Source: a virus (Duplodnaviria; Heunggongvirae; Uroviricota; Caudoviricetes). From it: DNA of 64,000 nucleotides. The stretch lies in the IMG/VR virus record IMGVR_UViG_3300044614_000224, positions 14,839-78,838 of that record. One strand, given 5' to 3'. A model generated the notes under the pieces. The model saw nothing but the letters and a program-made list of their open reading frames with translations, was not told the DNA's origin and did no database searches. A program made the position numbers and the translations under genes. Positions 11,377-21,192 of the stretch are shown in pieces. The first letter of the stretch is position 1. Each line of letters opens with the position of its first letter.

Positions 11377-13377
11377 TTATTTATATTTGGTTAACCAACC
11401 ACCGTTTTCTTTTTCAGGAACTACATCTTGGAAATCATCAGCATAACTAACACCCTTACCAATTTTTAATGCTTTGTTACTAGACTTATCTAATTTTGAT
11501 AATCTACCTTTTTTAAATGGTACAAGATCTAATACAGCTTCACCAAAATCAATACCTGCATTTTTCCATTGACCATCGATAGCATATCTTAAGGATGTAG
11601 TAGCATCTGCTATAGAGTTAAGAGCACCAATTCCTCTATTAACTGCAAATCCAATAGGGTTTCCTGCAAAGGGAATAGTTGCTAAATCTGCTGCAGATAA
11701 TGTAGCTTTTATGTTTTTTACAGTATTTGATGGTTCATATCTTTTTTCTGGAATCTGACTAATTTCTTTTAGTGTAGGTTTTTTTAATTGCCCACCACCT
11801 TGATATTTACTCAACCAACCACCCTCTTGCATCATTGGGTATTCTGTAACCTTATTACCATCAAATTTATAATCTTGATCAGGATACATCATCTGTGTAT
11901 CACCTGTATCAGATATACCAAGAACAGGATAGTCAACTCCCTGCATTGTTATTTCATTAGAACCTATCTCTGTAATCTCACCTGGATGAGCCCATTGCCC
12001 CATATCATCTTTTATAACAGAACCATTCTGACTAATAGTCTTAGGTTTGAAATCTAAACCTTCTTGGTAGAACTTCATCTCTTTACCATTCTGTGCAGAA
12101 GCTTTTGTCTTCTTAGCATACTTACCATTGCTAGGAGCACTACCAGCTACACGTGCGTACGTGAATCCTACAGCACCTGGTAAGCTACCACCCATAGCCA
12201 TGTTATCTTTGTTTGCAGTGGCTAAAGCTCTACGAATTTTATCTGGGTCTGTTTCAGGAGTTCCATCTAAACGAAGAACTTTACGCTCTTTTAGTTTTGG
12301 TGTACTATATATAATTCTTTTACTACCACCAGTTGTATTACCTGAACCTAAGAAGTCTTCTTCACTAACCTCTATTCCATTTACTATATACTTCTTACTT
12401 CCTGTAGGAGTAGTTTGTGTAGGTTTAATCTCTTCAAGTTTTTTATACTCTACAGGTTGTACTGGTTTTTTGTATATATTATACCAACCTCCCATTGAAT
12501 TACCTTCATTAATTCCAATACCACCAATTGGCATTATTTTTTGCTTTACTTTTGGAGCAGGAAAATTTTCATTTGGGTTCATATTGATATCAAATCTACC
12601 ACTAATATCTATAGGTTGATTTCTTAAGAAATCATATGCGTCTCTGCTTAACTCTTTTTTATCTACACCTTTTTTAATATAAACTGGTGTATTTTTTTTA
12701 CTAACAGCATTTCTACCTATTGCTTTCTTAGATTTACTATACAAACTTAAACTATCTTGATATGCCTTAAGTTTTGGATCTTTAGGATCATTTGTTATAA
12801 TTGGTAAACGACCACCTGATTGCATATCTCCCCATGTCTTTAATGGTGTAGGAATAGGCTTTCCTTTTTCTACATATGGATGTCTAATCTCTTGTTCCCA
12901 TTTCTCAGCTTCTTGCCATGTTTTAAATGGACCACCAAGATGTTCACCTGTCTTTCTATATTCAGCAACAGGATCTTTTAAATCCTTACCACCTTTAAAT
13001 GTAGGTATTAAATAAGCTGGTTCTCCTTTTTCTCCACCTATAGACGTAGCTAATTCAGTGCTAGGCTCAGCATAAGGAATTCTATAACGTGAAGGTAATT
13101 TGTAACTAATAGGTTGTAAGAAACCACCACTCTGAAACTGTCCACCCCATGCAGGAGAATAGTTTCTACCTGTTGTATCATTACCCATTCCTACAAAACC
13201 AGGACCTACAGATACATCCACCTCATTAGGATTAGGTTTCTTACCGTAGTTATCTAACCAGCCACCATCCTTCATTGTGTTATCTTTCCCACACATATGG
13301 CAAACATACATATCTTTCTTACTAGAGCTTACCTTGCTCCAAGAATGTCCACATGTACAGTTAATATTGTTAGCCAT
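11377..13377 (-). CDS. virion protein with an N-terminal zinc-ribbon and repeated GGWL motifs (666 aa)
   Basis: N-terminal C-x-C...C-x2-C (CTCGHSW...CHMCGKD). Three copies of a [DE]xGGWLxxY motif (KDGGWLDNYG, QEGGWLSKYQ, ENGGWLTKYK). Gly-rich. Confidence 0.55.
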   Translation of the reverse strand: MANNINCTCGHSWSKVSSSKKDMYVCHMCGKDNTMKDGGWLDNYGKKPNPNEVDVSVGPGFVGMGNDTTGRNYSPAWGGQFQSGGFLQPISYKLPSRYRIPYAEPSTELATSIGGEKGEPAYLIPTFKGGKDLKDPVAEYRKTGEHLGGPFKTWQEAEKWEQEIRHPYVEKGKPIPTPLKTWGDMQSGGRLPIITNDPKDPKLKAYQDSLSLYSKSKKAIGRNAVSKKNTPVYIKKGVDKKELSRDAYDFLRNQPIDISGRFDINMNPNENFPAPKVKQKIMPIGGIGINEGNSMGGWYNIYKKPVQPVEYKKLEEIKPTQTTPTGSKKYIVNGIEVSEEDFLGSGNTTGGSKRIIYSTPKLKERKVLRLDGTPETDPDKIRRALATANKDNMAMGGSLPGAVGFTYARVAGSAPSNGKYAKKTKASAQNGKEMKFYQEGLDFKPKTISQNGSVIKDDMGQWAHPGEITEIGSNEITMQGVDYPVLGISDTGDTQMMYPDQDYKFDGNKVTEYPMMQEGGWLSKYQGGGQLKKPTLKEISQIPEKRYEPSNTVKNIKATLSAADLATIPFAGNPIGFAVNRGIGALNSIADATTSLRYAIDGQWKNAGIDFGEAVLDLVPFKKGRLSKLDKSSNKALKIGKGVSYADDFQDVVPEKENGGWLTKYK

Positions 13378-14243
13378 TATTTGTAAGAAATTTGAGATGG
13401 TGTAATAATGAATTGACTTATCAAATGAGCATCTGATCTATTATCTAGGACGTGTCTCACTTTTAAATCCTTCGCACGTAGAGGTTCTTTCTTAAATGAT
13501 CTCTTTCCATAATCCATATTTGGTTGATTTACAACCTTATCTATAGACAATGAGTCACAACCTGTTACAAACAAAGGTACGGATTTATCTTTAACTAATG
13601 ACCAGAACGTATTGTATTGATAAAAATTATCTGATTTAGTAAACATAATCGTCTTACTCTCAGCGTTATACATAGGATACTTCAAGTATTCCTTTAAGTT
13701 GTTTATTGGTTTAGGAACCAACTCTAATACACCAGAAGACTGTTGTCCATTGTATAGGATAGCTTTGTTGAAATAAACTGTGTTTGTTTCTATCTTAGCG
13801 TTATCATTGAACACACCATCTGGTATAGGGAGGTATCTATATGCCTTTGTGTAATCTTTTACATTCTGTAAGATCTCATCATAATACTGATAGGCAAATG
13901 GATATTCTATAATATAAGGTTCTATGCTTCCATAGAACGTATTGTAAATTGTTGTGTTAGTTAAATGTCTCCATAAAGATGGGGTGTTTGTAGGTACAAA
14001 CTCAATAGCTGCCACATCTGCAATACATAGTTCTTCTATAGACATTTGTAATCTTGTCTTACATTTTCCTATAGATTCAATAATAATAACAGTGACATCA
14101 TCACTAACCGAATATGTGACTCCAGAAATAACTTGGCTCTTAGGAATATTAGTTCCTAAGATGTTTCCGTAGTTATCAGAAATCTCAAACGGTCCAGTTC
14201 TAATACCAGCCTTTGTTAATCTTATTGTTATTACTTTAGACAT
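13377..14243 (-). CDS. hypothetical tail/baseplate protein (288 aa)
   Basis: ORF with a 1-nt overlap with its neighbours on the same strand. Confidence 0.5.
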   Translation of the reverse strand: MSKVITIRLTKAGIRTGPFEISDNYGNILGTNIPKSQVISGVTYSVSDDVTVIIIESIGKCKTRLQMSIEELCIADVAAIEFVPTNTPSLWRHLTNTTIYNTFYGSIEPYIIEYPFAYQYYDEILQNVKDYTKAYRYLPIPDGVFNDNAKIETNTVYFNKAILYNGQQSSGVLELVPKPINNLKEYLKYPMYNAESKTIMFTKSDNFYQYNTFWSLVKDKSVPLFVTGCDSLSIDKVVNQPNMDYGKRSFKKEPLRAKDLKVRHVLDNRSDAHLISQFIITPSQISYK

Positions 14244-14254
14244 ATCTTAATTAA

Positions 14255-17200
14255 TTACGAAGGACATTCTTCTACAGCTGTTCCAGCTAATTCACACTCT
14301 GGTGCTGGTGGAGCAGTGGTTGTGGTGGTTGTTGTAGTACTACTAGTTGATGTACTAGTAGTTGTTGTGGTAGTTGGAGGTACTGTTGTAGTGGTAGTCG
14401 TTGTTGGACTTACAGTTGTAGTAGTAGTAGTTGTTGTAGGTTCTGCTGTTGTAGTTGATGTAGTTGTAGTACTGCTACTACTAGTTGTTGTTGTTGTTGT
14501 ACTTGTGCTACTAGATGTTGTAGTGGTAGTAGTTGGTGAGCAATCTTCAATTGCTGTACCTTCTATTGTACAATCTACACAAAGATCAACTGCTGTACCT
14601 ATTATTCTACAATCTATTGTTGTTGATGTTGTTGTAGTGGTTGTGCAGTTAGGAATCTGAGAGAAAGCAATAGCTTCTAAGTCACATCCACCATTCAATC
14701 CAGAATAGAAGAAGTTATTCTCAGCTATGTAGAAGTTAGGAATGTAGCTATGGAAGCTAATCCAACTCTTAGTGTTCATACTAAACGAAAGAGTCCATGA
14801 CTTATTACAGAAGTATTCTGAATCATAAACACTTACCACTGTTCTTATTACGCTATTACCTAGGGTTTTTTCTATATAGAATTCTCTAGTAGTAGCATCG
14901 TATTTAATGTTTTTACTATTAGGGATGTAATCTAGTTTAGATATAATCACCCTGTCATACTTACTATCAAACACTCCATGTAAACCAATACCATCATAAT
15001 GGTTATCTGTGTTTACATCTGGATAGTAACGTAAGATTTCAAATGCTAAATGGTCTGTAAAGAACTTATTAAGTCCTGAACCAAATGCAGATAAGTCGGT
15101 AGCCTGTAAACCCTCAATCAAGAACACCTGCCCTCTCTTAGCATCCACTGTAATCTGTCCTTGAGGAATCTTTAACAAGAACTTATTTTGAGATCCTACA
15201 TATCCAAGATCTGTTTCTGCAAAGTCAATTGGAGGAGCACTCTTAAATAATGTGTCATTACCTAAATAAGCAGCTTGTGGGTTGCTAGTTTGAATTGTAA
15301 GCATTGTATTGTATAACAACGACTTGTTCTCAAATCTAGCTAATACAGCTTTATTCTGAATACCATCTAGTGATACAAGACCACCAAAGTTTTGAGGGAA
15401 ATCAAAGAATGATGTAGGTCTATAGATTAACCAGCTATTTACCTTGTTGTCAGCAAATACATCCTGAGGATTTGAGTATACAGCTCTGAATGGATATTTG
15501 GTATAACAAAGCTGTTCAGCCCAATCTGCAGGCAGGTGGGTGAATACATTCTCTTTGTTTTGCTTTGAAAAGGTTACATTGTAATAATATGTATTATCAA
15601 ATACAATAGGAACTACAGACTCTTGTAACCAGTTATCAGGAATACCTGAACTTACGTGTGGGTAGAAGTCACCTTCTAGATTATTAAATGCTTGACGTAA
15701 ATCTACATTATATGAACTTTCACAATAGAAAGAAGGAATACCGTAAGCAAACATATACATCTTACCATCGTAGAATGTTCTGTTAGGATTTACTATAGGA
15801 GGGTTTGTTGCTGAGTTAGGTTCAGGATCTTGGTTATTAGGACAATCAAAGTTGTGTGCTTTATAAGAAATCATGTTCTTCAACACTGGACCAGCACCTG
15901 CATTTAAAGAATAGTCTTGTAACACAGATCTAGATGAGTGCCAGTATTGTGGATAAGCTATATTACCAATCTCATCATAAAATACATCACTATCATCAAG
16001 ACCATTTACCCTGTTATCAATAAAGAACGGAAGCTTGGTCTTAAATGCAAATCTGTTAATAAATGTATCTCCACCAAATACAGTGGCTGATTTAGGTGTA
16101 GAGAACATTAGATTGTTAATATCAATGCTTTCTTGGAAACCTGTATCAATTGTATCGTAAGAATATATTTGACCCCACTGATTAACAAAGATGTTCTTTA
16201 ATGATCCATAATAAGAAACCACATTGATTGCTTCATTCTTACTAGGTACAGAACAGTTATTTTTCTGTGATATAGTGAATCTTGATGTATCAGAGATACC
16301 GCTTACACCACCAACTAAAAGACTAGGAGTCTGATTAGGGAACGGTAAAGGTACCACTGATGAACCATCTCTAGTTTCAATAGTCTTTAAATATATAGAT
16401 GATTCTCTATTAAAGTTGTTGAAATCATGAACATCACTTACAGACTGTACTCCAGGGAATACATATTGAGCATTATCTAATTGTCTTTGCTTGATACCTA
16501 GATTGTTATCAATTGCTCCACTATAGTCATAACTACCTATTGAGTTAAATGAATACCCGTAGTTTCTTCTAGTGATTCCATTTATGTAGATAGTTAGATA
16601 TGCTTGATATGCAGCAAACATTGCTGATGCATTAAACGTTGGTGTGATAGCAGCAATATCTTCACTAGATTTAAGAGCATCACGTTGAGCTTCTGCTGTG
16701 AGAAGCTTATACGTAGCATTTTTCTTAACCTCTACAAAATGAGCTATACCACCACCAAACATAACATTCTCAAGCTTAAGAACAGTTCCTAAGAAAGGTT
16801 GTCCAAAAGATGTTTCAGGTGAGTTAAATACCATTCTGTATTTAGACTCATCTGTAGCAAATGCATCTAGTTTCTCTGGGTAACAAAGTGAGTTCTTTGT
16901 TGCATCTGTTGTAATACTGTAGCTAGTTGTTCCAGATAAGTATACAGGAAGTACCACTGAGTTCACTTGTTGTAAACCATTACCTGTCACTGTAATTTGT
17001 TTAAATACAGTGGTTAACGGATCTTGGTATTGGAATACAGTGGTTGATGCACTTGTAAGATTGTATGTATTATATGCAACTATAGTGATTGTAGCTGTTC
17101 CGCTTACAACTAGAATAGTACTAAGAGAACATATCTTTTTTGTAGTTCCAGTTACTAATGTTTCTGTCTTTGTTGTATTTGAAAAACAATCAGTGTATTG

Positions 17201-19081
17201 TATAACACATGTTGCAGTAGCTATTACATTATAAGTGATACACTGATCAAGATATGCATTGTTATTACTAAGAAGAAACTCATCCTTATTAAGATCATTA
17301 TATGGATAGTTAGGAAAGAAGTATTCTGTTTCTTCTCTCTTATACTTACCTACGTTTCTAAGAATACCTTTACCTACAATAGATCTGTTTGTACTTCTAT
17401 CTCCTCTTACAATCTTAAATCCTACAACGCTTTCTTTCTGTGCCTGCGTAAGATTAGATGCATACACTAAGTATGCAACTTGTTGAATGTCAATCTGTAC
17501 ACCCATTGGGAATATAGCATCATTCTGCATCACTGGTGCAAACCCTGCCCCTAGCGTGTATGTAGGACTTTCATATATAGGACTTACAAGAACATCAGGA
17601 AACTTATGATGTCTAATAGGCTGACCAGCAAGATCTCCCCATACATCTATGTTACATGGATAAGTATCAGTTGATTCCCAGTAAGCAAACTCACCGTATT
17701 GGTAAGGTCCTTTATATGATTGACTTGTTGAGTATCCAGGAGAAAACCCTGTTACAGAACCTGTATTATAAATCTTCCAATACGGTGCACTTGACCCCTC
17801 TCCAATAAAGTCAGGGTTAGTGCTTGGTACATCTGGTTGAGAACCTTCGTTAGCGGTAATCATTCTACCAGGAATATGGAAACCATCTGTTTGTTTACCA
17901 TTACTCAATAAGAAAACTATCTCAAATGCATACACCTCATCTCTTAGATAACCTCTAAGGTTTGTAGCGTTTAATTCATCAGCATAAGTTTCTGCACTAG
18001 GGATTCTATAAGTTTCCCATTTAAGATCAATTTGACTAGCAATTGATTGATAGTTAATTCTATCTATAGAGGTAAGGTTATCCCAGATAAGAATATCTTG
18101 GGCAGTGGTTAAGTCTTGAGCCACCTCATAATATGGATACTTCTCAAATATTTCATTAATAGTGAGACGAATCTGTGTAACATTCTGTCCTGTATAAGTT
18201 ACAGTTCTAGTAGCATCTTCAATAAAATATGTACCAACAAGCTCAACAGAAGCTATTGCATTTATTGTTTTTACTACAGCAAGATTGAAATACTGGAATT
18301 GCCCAGTGGTATCTAAGTTACTAATACTAACTACAATAGACTTACCTACTTGGTAAGAGAACTCTGGTGTAGTAATTTTGTTATTAGCAATAGGTGTAGG
18401 ATTGGTAACAGAGTAGAAAGATGTGTATGGGTTACCAGCAGCATCACAATACTGAATAGCAAACTGATATGTACCAGCAGTGAGATCACCACCAGTTACA
18501 ACATCAGTTATATCTAATGCAGGAATGTTAAAATTAGGCTGAACGTTTAATTGGTTACAATCAAGCTCAGTGGTATAAATAGGATCACATAAGTCAGCAT
18601 TAGGAGCTAACTTATATGGAATGTTATTTAAATCTATATATCTTCTAGGATTAAGACCATCTGTCCAATACACTTCTGTAGTGCAATTGGTGATCTTATG
18701 AACAGCTTTTAGAATAGGATATTTTATATCAAAGCCTAAACATTTAGCACTTACGTATACACGATATACACAATCATTGTTATCCATATATCCAATCTGA
18801 CTATCTCCTGTTTCAGGATTGGTTAAGAAGAATATATGTTTATTTTGTTCACCAATGAAATGAGTTCCTATTAAATGATAACCTGTAGGAAAGTTTAGAC
18901 ATAACTCATTACCTGGCTCATTCTGATAGTTAACAGAATCTGAGTCAAAGTTCTCAACACTAGCATTCAATGCATACGTAAGCTTACCTTTCTCAACCTG
19001 ATTTACAGATTGATCCATGTTTAAGCCAGATATAGCACTGTTGTACTCCTGCTTAATATTAGTTGTTTCTTCTCCAGCCAT
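14255..19081 (-). CDS. tail fibre / receptor-binding-like protein (1608 aa) with a C-terminal poly-Thr/Ser mucin-like tract
   Basis: ATG at 19081-19079. Its size and position next to other T-rich small proteins support a fibre-like role. The C-terminus has CxxC segments flanking long T/S runs (TTTTTTSSSTSTTTTTT...). Confidence 0.5.
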   Translation of the reverse strand: MAGEETTNIKQEYNSAISGLNMDQSVNQVEKGKLTYALNASVENFDSDSVNYQNEPGNELCLNFPTGYHLIGTHFIGEQNKHIFFLTNPETGDSQIGYMDNNDCVYRVYVSAKCLGFDIKYPILKAVHKITNCTTEVYWTDGLNPRRYIDLNNIPYKLAPNADLCDPIYTTELDCNQLNVQPNFNIPALDITDVVTGGDLTAGTYQFAIQYCDAAGNPYTSFYSVTNPTPIANNKITTPEFSYQVGKSIVVSISNLDTTGQFQYFNLAVVKTINAIASVELVGTYFIEDATRTVTYTGQNVTQIRLTINEIFEKYPYYEVAQDLTTAQDILIWDNLTSIDRINYQSIASQIDLKWETYRIPSAETYADELNATNLRGYLRDEVYAFEIVFLLSNGKQTDGFHIPGRMITANEGSQPDVPSTNPDFIGEGSSAPYWKIYNTGSVTGFSPGYSTSQSYKGPYQYGEFAYWESTDTYPCNIDVWGDLAGQPIRHHKFPDVLVSPIYESPTYTLGAGFAPVMQNDAIFPMGVQIDIQQVAYLVYASNLTQAQKESVVGFKIVRGDRSTNRSIVGKGILRNVGKYKREETEYFFPNYPYNDLNKDEFLLSNNNAYLDQCITYNVIATATCVIQYTDCFSNTTKTETLVTGTTKKICSLSTILVVSGTATITIVAYNTYNLTSASTTVFQYQDPLTTVFKQITVTGNGLQQVNSVVLPVYLSGTTSYSITTDATKNSLCYPEKLDAFATDESKYRMVFNSPETSFGQPFLGTVLKLENVMFGGGIAHFVEVKKNATYKLLTAEAQRDALKSSEDIAAITPTFNASAMFAAYQAYLTIYINGITRRNYGYSFNSIGSYDYSGAIDNNLGIKQRQLDNAQYVFPGVQSVSDVHDFNNFNRESSIYLKTIETRDGSSVVPLPFPNQTPSLLVGGVSGISDTSRFTISQKNNCSVPSKNEAINVVSYYGSLKNIFVNQWGQIYSYDTIDTGFQESIDINNLMFSTPKSATVFGGDTFINRFAFKTKLPFFIDNRVNGLDDSDVFYDEIGNIAYPQYWHSSRSVLQDYSLNAGAGPVLKNMISYKAHNFDCPNNQDPEPNSATNPPIVNPNRTFYDGKMYMFAYGIPSFYCESSYNVDLRQAFNNLEGDFYPHVSSGIPDNWLQESVVPIVFDNTYYYNVTFSKQNKENVFTHLPADWAEQLCYTKYPFRAVYSNPQDVFADNKVNSWLIYRPTSFFDFPQNFGGLVSLDGIQNKAVLARFENKSLLYNTMLTIQTSNPQAAYLGNDTLFKSAPPIDFAETDLGYVGSQNKFLLKIPQGQITVDAKRGQVFLIEGLQATDLSAFGSGLNKFFTDHLAFEILRYYPDVNTDNHYDGIGLHGVFDSKYDRVIISKLDYIPNSKNIKYDATTREFYIEKTLGNSVIRTVVSVYDSEYFCNKSWTLSFSMNTKSWISFHSYIPNFYIAENNFFYSGLNGGCDLEAIAFSQIPNCTTTTTTSTTIDCRIIGTAVDLCVDCTIEGTAIEDCSPTTTTTTSSSTSTTTTTTSSSSTTTTSTTTAEPTTTTTTTTVSPTTTTTTTVPPTTTTTTSTSTSSTTTTTTTTAPPAPECELAGTAVEECPS

Positions 19082-19982
19082 ATCTGTAACTTCTATTTGG
19101 TAGTTCGTATCTGTTAAATCTGTTTAAGTCTTGGATGATTCTTCTTTGCTTAGCCCAAGAATCTTGTTTCTTCACCTCAATGTCAGCCATGATAAATGCT
19201 TCATCAGCCATCTGTTTATAGTTCATCATCTTCCTCTCTAGCTGATTATATGTTTCATCGTTAGTTTGGTTAGTGAGTGTTTCCATCATTTTGTATTTGA
19301 TGAAAGCCTCAACAAACTCTCTAACACGATAGTTATCTGGAATCAATTGATTACCTATTCCATCATAAGCTGTAGAATAGAATATCAAATGAACTACACC
19401 ATTTCTAAAGTTGGTTACAAACTTGTTATCTCTAATGTCAAATGAATCTGCAGCAGAGCTACCAAAGTTTGCACAGTCTAATGTACAATGAGCTTGTACA
19501 GAGATGTTACCTGGTTTTAATAAGTATTGTCTGTGATACTCTACAGCCACTTGTTGGTTAGTCTTATATACAGCTTGAATAAGCTCAGGCATACATGAAG
19601 GACAACCTGTTGTACATTCTAGATTGGTACAAGGAGCTCCTCCAGAAATAACAGGACTAACCTGTATTGTTGTTTGTGAAGCTGCTTGAGAATAGAATGA
19701 ATTAGCTGTTTGATAAGGATAGCCAGGGATTGATGTACACAACCAAGCTTCTCTTACAGCAAAGAAGTTATCAGGAAGTCTAGCTTCAAAGTCCTCAATA
19801 TATAGAAGCTGTTCGCTAATAACATAAGAAGACCTTCCTAGTTTCCTAAGACATTTATCCAGGTATGTAGGGAATAACAAATCATCTACAGCACCTGTAT
19901 CGAAGTAGCTTTTAAACTCTTCTTTCACAGTCGAATAGACAGGCTCAGGGGAGATGAAGTTATACTTGTAGTAATATGACAT
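19059..19982 (-). CDS. hypothetical structural protein, Cys-containing (307 aa)
   Basis: ORF; its end overlaps the start of the 1608-aa gene. Confidence 0.45.
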   Translation of the reverse strand: MSYYYKYNFISPEPVYSTVKEEFKSYFDTGAVDDLLFPTYLDKCLRKLGRSSYVISEQLLYIEDFEARLPDNFFAVREAWLCTSIPGYPYQTANSFYSQAASQTTIQVSPVISGGAPCTNLECTTGCPSCMPELIQAVYKTNQQVAVEYHRQYLLKPGNISVQAHCTLDCANFGSSAADSFDIRDNKFVTNFRNGVVHLIFYSTAYDGIGNQLIPDNYRVREFVEAFIKYKMMETLTNQTNDETYNQLERKMMNYKQMADEAFIMADIEVKKQDSWAKQRRIIQDLNRFNRYELPNRSYRYGWRRNN

Positions 19983-19987
19983 TTATT

Positions 19988-20464
19988 TTATTTTTTCCAT
20001 TCACGATAAATATGTTGATATTGATCGTTGGTTTTTATGTAGTGAGATAACAATCTAGATGTTGTACGAGATGGTTTGAAATACCAGAGTTTCATGTTCT
20101 TGAATCTGGCTGATTCTCTAAACCACATCCACCCAAAGAAATATCCTTCAGTGTGGTAATTAAAATTGTAGATTATTTTACCCTTCTCTTTAGATCTTTT
20201 CCAATCAACTGGTAGGTTAACATATTCCTTACCATCGATTAGTTTCATCTTCTTCCTCTTCTTCTTATTGATTGAGAAGTCACCAAATCCAAAAGGAAGT
20301 TTAGCTTTCTCTCCAGTTTCTAGAATATAGTTCTTGAAGCTCTCATTATACAAATAGATGATGTTTCTCCATTGGTCAAATGAGATTTTTACGGAAGGGT
20401 TCTTTTTACAGAAATTATTGTAGTTTTCTTTACTGGAGCTTCTCCAATCAACTTTTATTCGCAT
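19988..20464 (-). CDS. hypothetical basic protein (158 aa)
   Basis: ORF, Lys/Arg-rich. Confidence 0.4.
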   Translation of the reverse strand: MRIKVDWRSSSKENYNNFCKKNPSVKISFDQWRNIIYLYNESFKNYILETGEKAKLPFGFGDFSINKKKRKKMKLIDGKEYVNLPVDWKRSKEKGKIIYNFNYHTEGYFFGWMWFRESARFKNMKLWYFKPSRTTSRLLSHYIKTNDQYQHIYREWKK

Positions 20465-21192
20465 TAGTTTGCATTGGTTGTGTTTGGTGCTTGACCATCC
20501 ACCCCATCTGATGTTTGATCTGTTTTCAATCTGAAATAGGTTGATAACAGCTTTTGAGATGTCAGTTCTAGCACTTGCTTTTCTAAATAACCAGGGCAGC
20601 CATATTCTTTATCTAGAGGATTCATACAATAATCTTCTAAATTAATATTATCACCACACTGACAGTCAGCAAACATGATCTCATTAGGAACATCTTCTTC
20701 AAAGAAAGCAGCAATTCTAACAGCTTGTAATAAAGGATTATTTACATATAAATATCCTCCATTAGCAATCCAGTAGTATTGTTCATTCTTGATGATTGGA
20801 AGTTTTAAGAGATTTAAATATCTATTGATAGTAACCTCTTTTAACTTTTTGCCTTGCCCACTCATAGCGTTTATTGAATAAACACCTTGAATGAGGTATT
20901 GATAATTACCCTCGCAGATACGAGGAAGTTTATATTTTGTTCTAGCTACAGTACAAGGATCCACATAATCACAACATTCAGAAATAGGAACTTCTACCAA
21001 TTCCAAACAAGGAATGGTAGTAAACAAAGTATCAGTAGCCCAAAGCTTTCTGAGATTTGTCTCACGTTTTACTAATAAAAGTGTGTTGTTCTTAATCTCA
21101 GATGCAACCACTCTATCAGTGATTAAGTTATCTGTTGATAACAATTTGTGCATTGAACGCACATCTGAAACTAATTTCCTTAAAGTTGCCAT
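20464..21192 (-). CDS. hypothetical Cys-rich protein (242 aa)
   Basis: ORF; 1-nt overlaps with both neighbours. Confidence 0.45.
   Translation of the reverse strand: MATLRKLVSDVRSMHKLLSTDNLITDRVVASEIKNNTLLLVKRETNLRKLWATDTLFTTIPCLELVEVPISECCDYVDPCTVARTKYKLPRICEGNYQYLIQGVYSINAMSGQGKKLKEVTINRYLNLLKLPIIKNEQYYWIANGGYLYVNNPLLQAVRIAAFFEEDVPNEIMFADCQCGDNINLEDYCMNPLDKEYGCPGYLEKQVLELTSQKLLSTYFRLKTDQTSDGVDGQAPNTTNAN

Noticed and set aside
5426-13377. Virion RNA polymerase DxDGD motif in the giant proteins.
   Set aside because: The motif was not seen on manual reading of the translations, so an RNAP assignment cannot be supported from sequence alone. It is kept only as a hypothesis in the findings.
14316-14660. 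114-aa poly-Val ORF on the plus strand.
   Set aside because: It is the antisense reading of the (ACW)n repeats encoding the poly-Thr tract of the 1608-aa gene.
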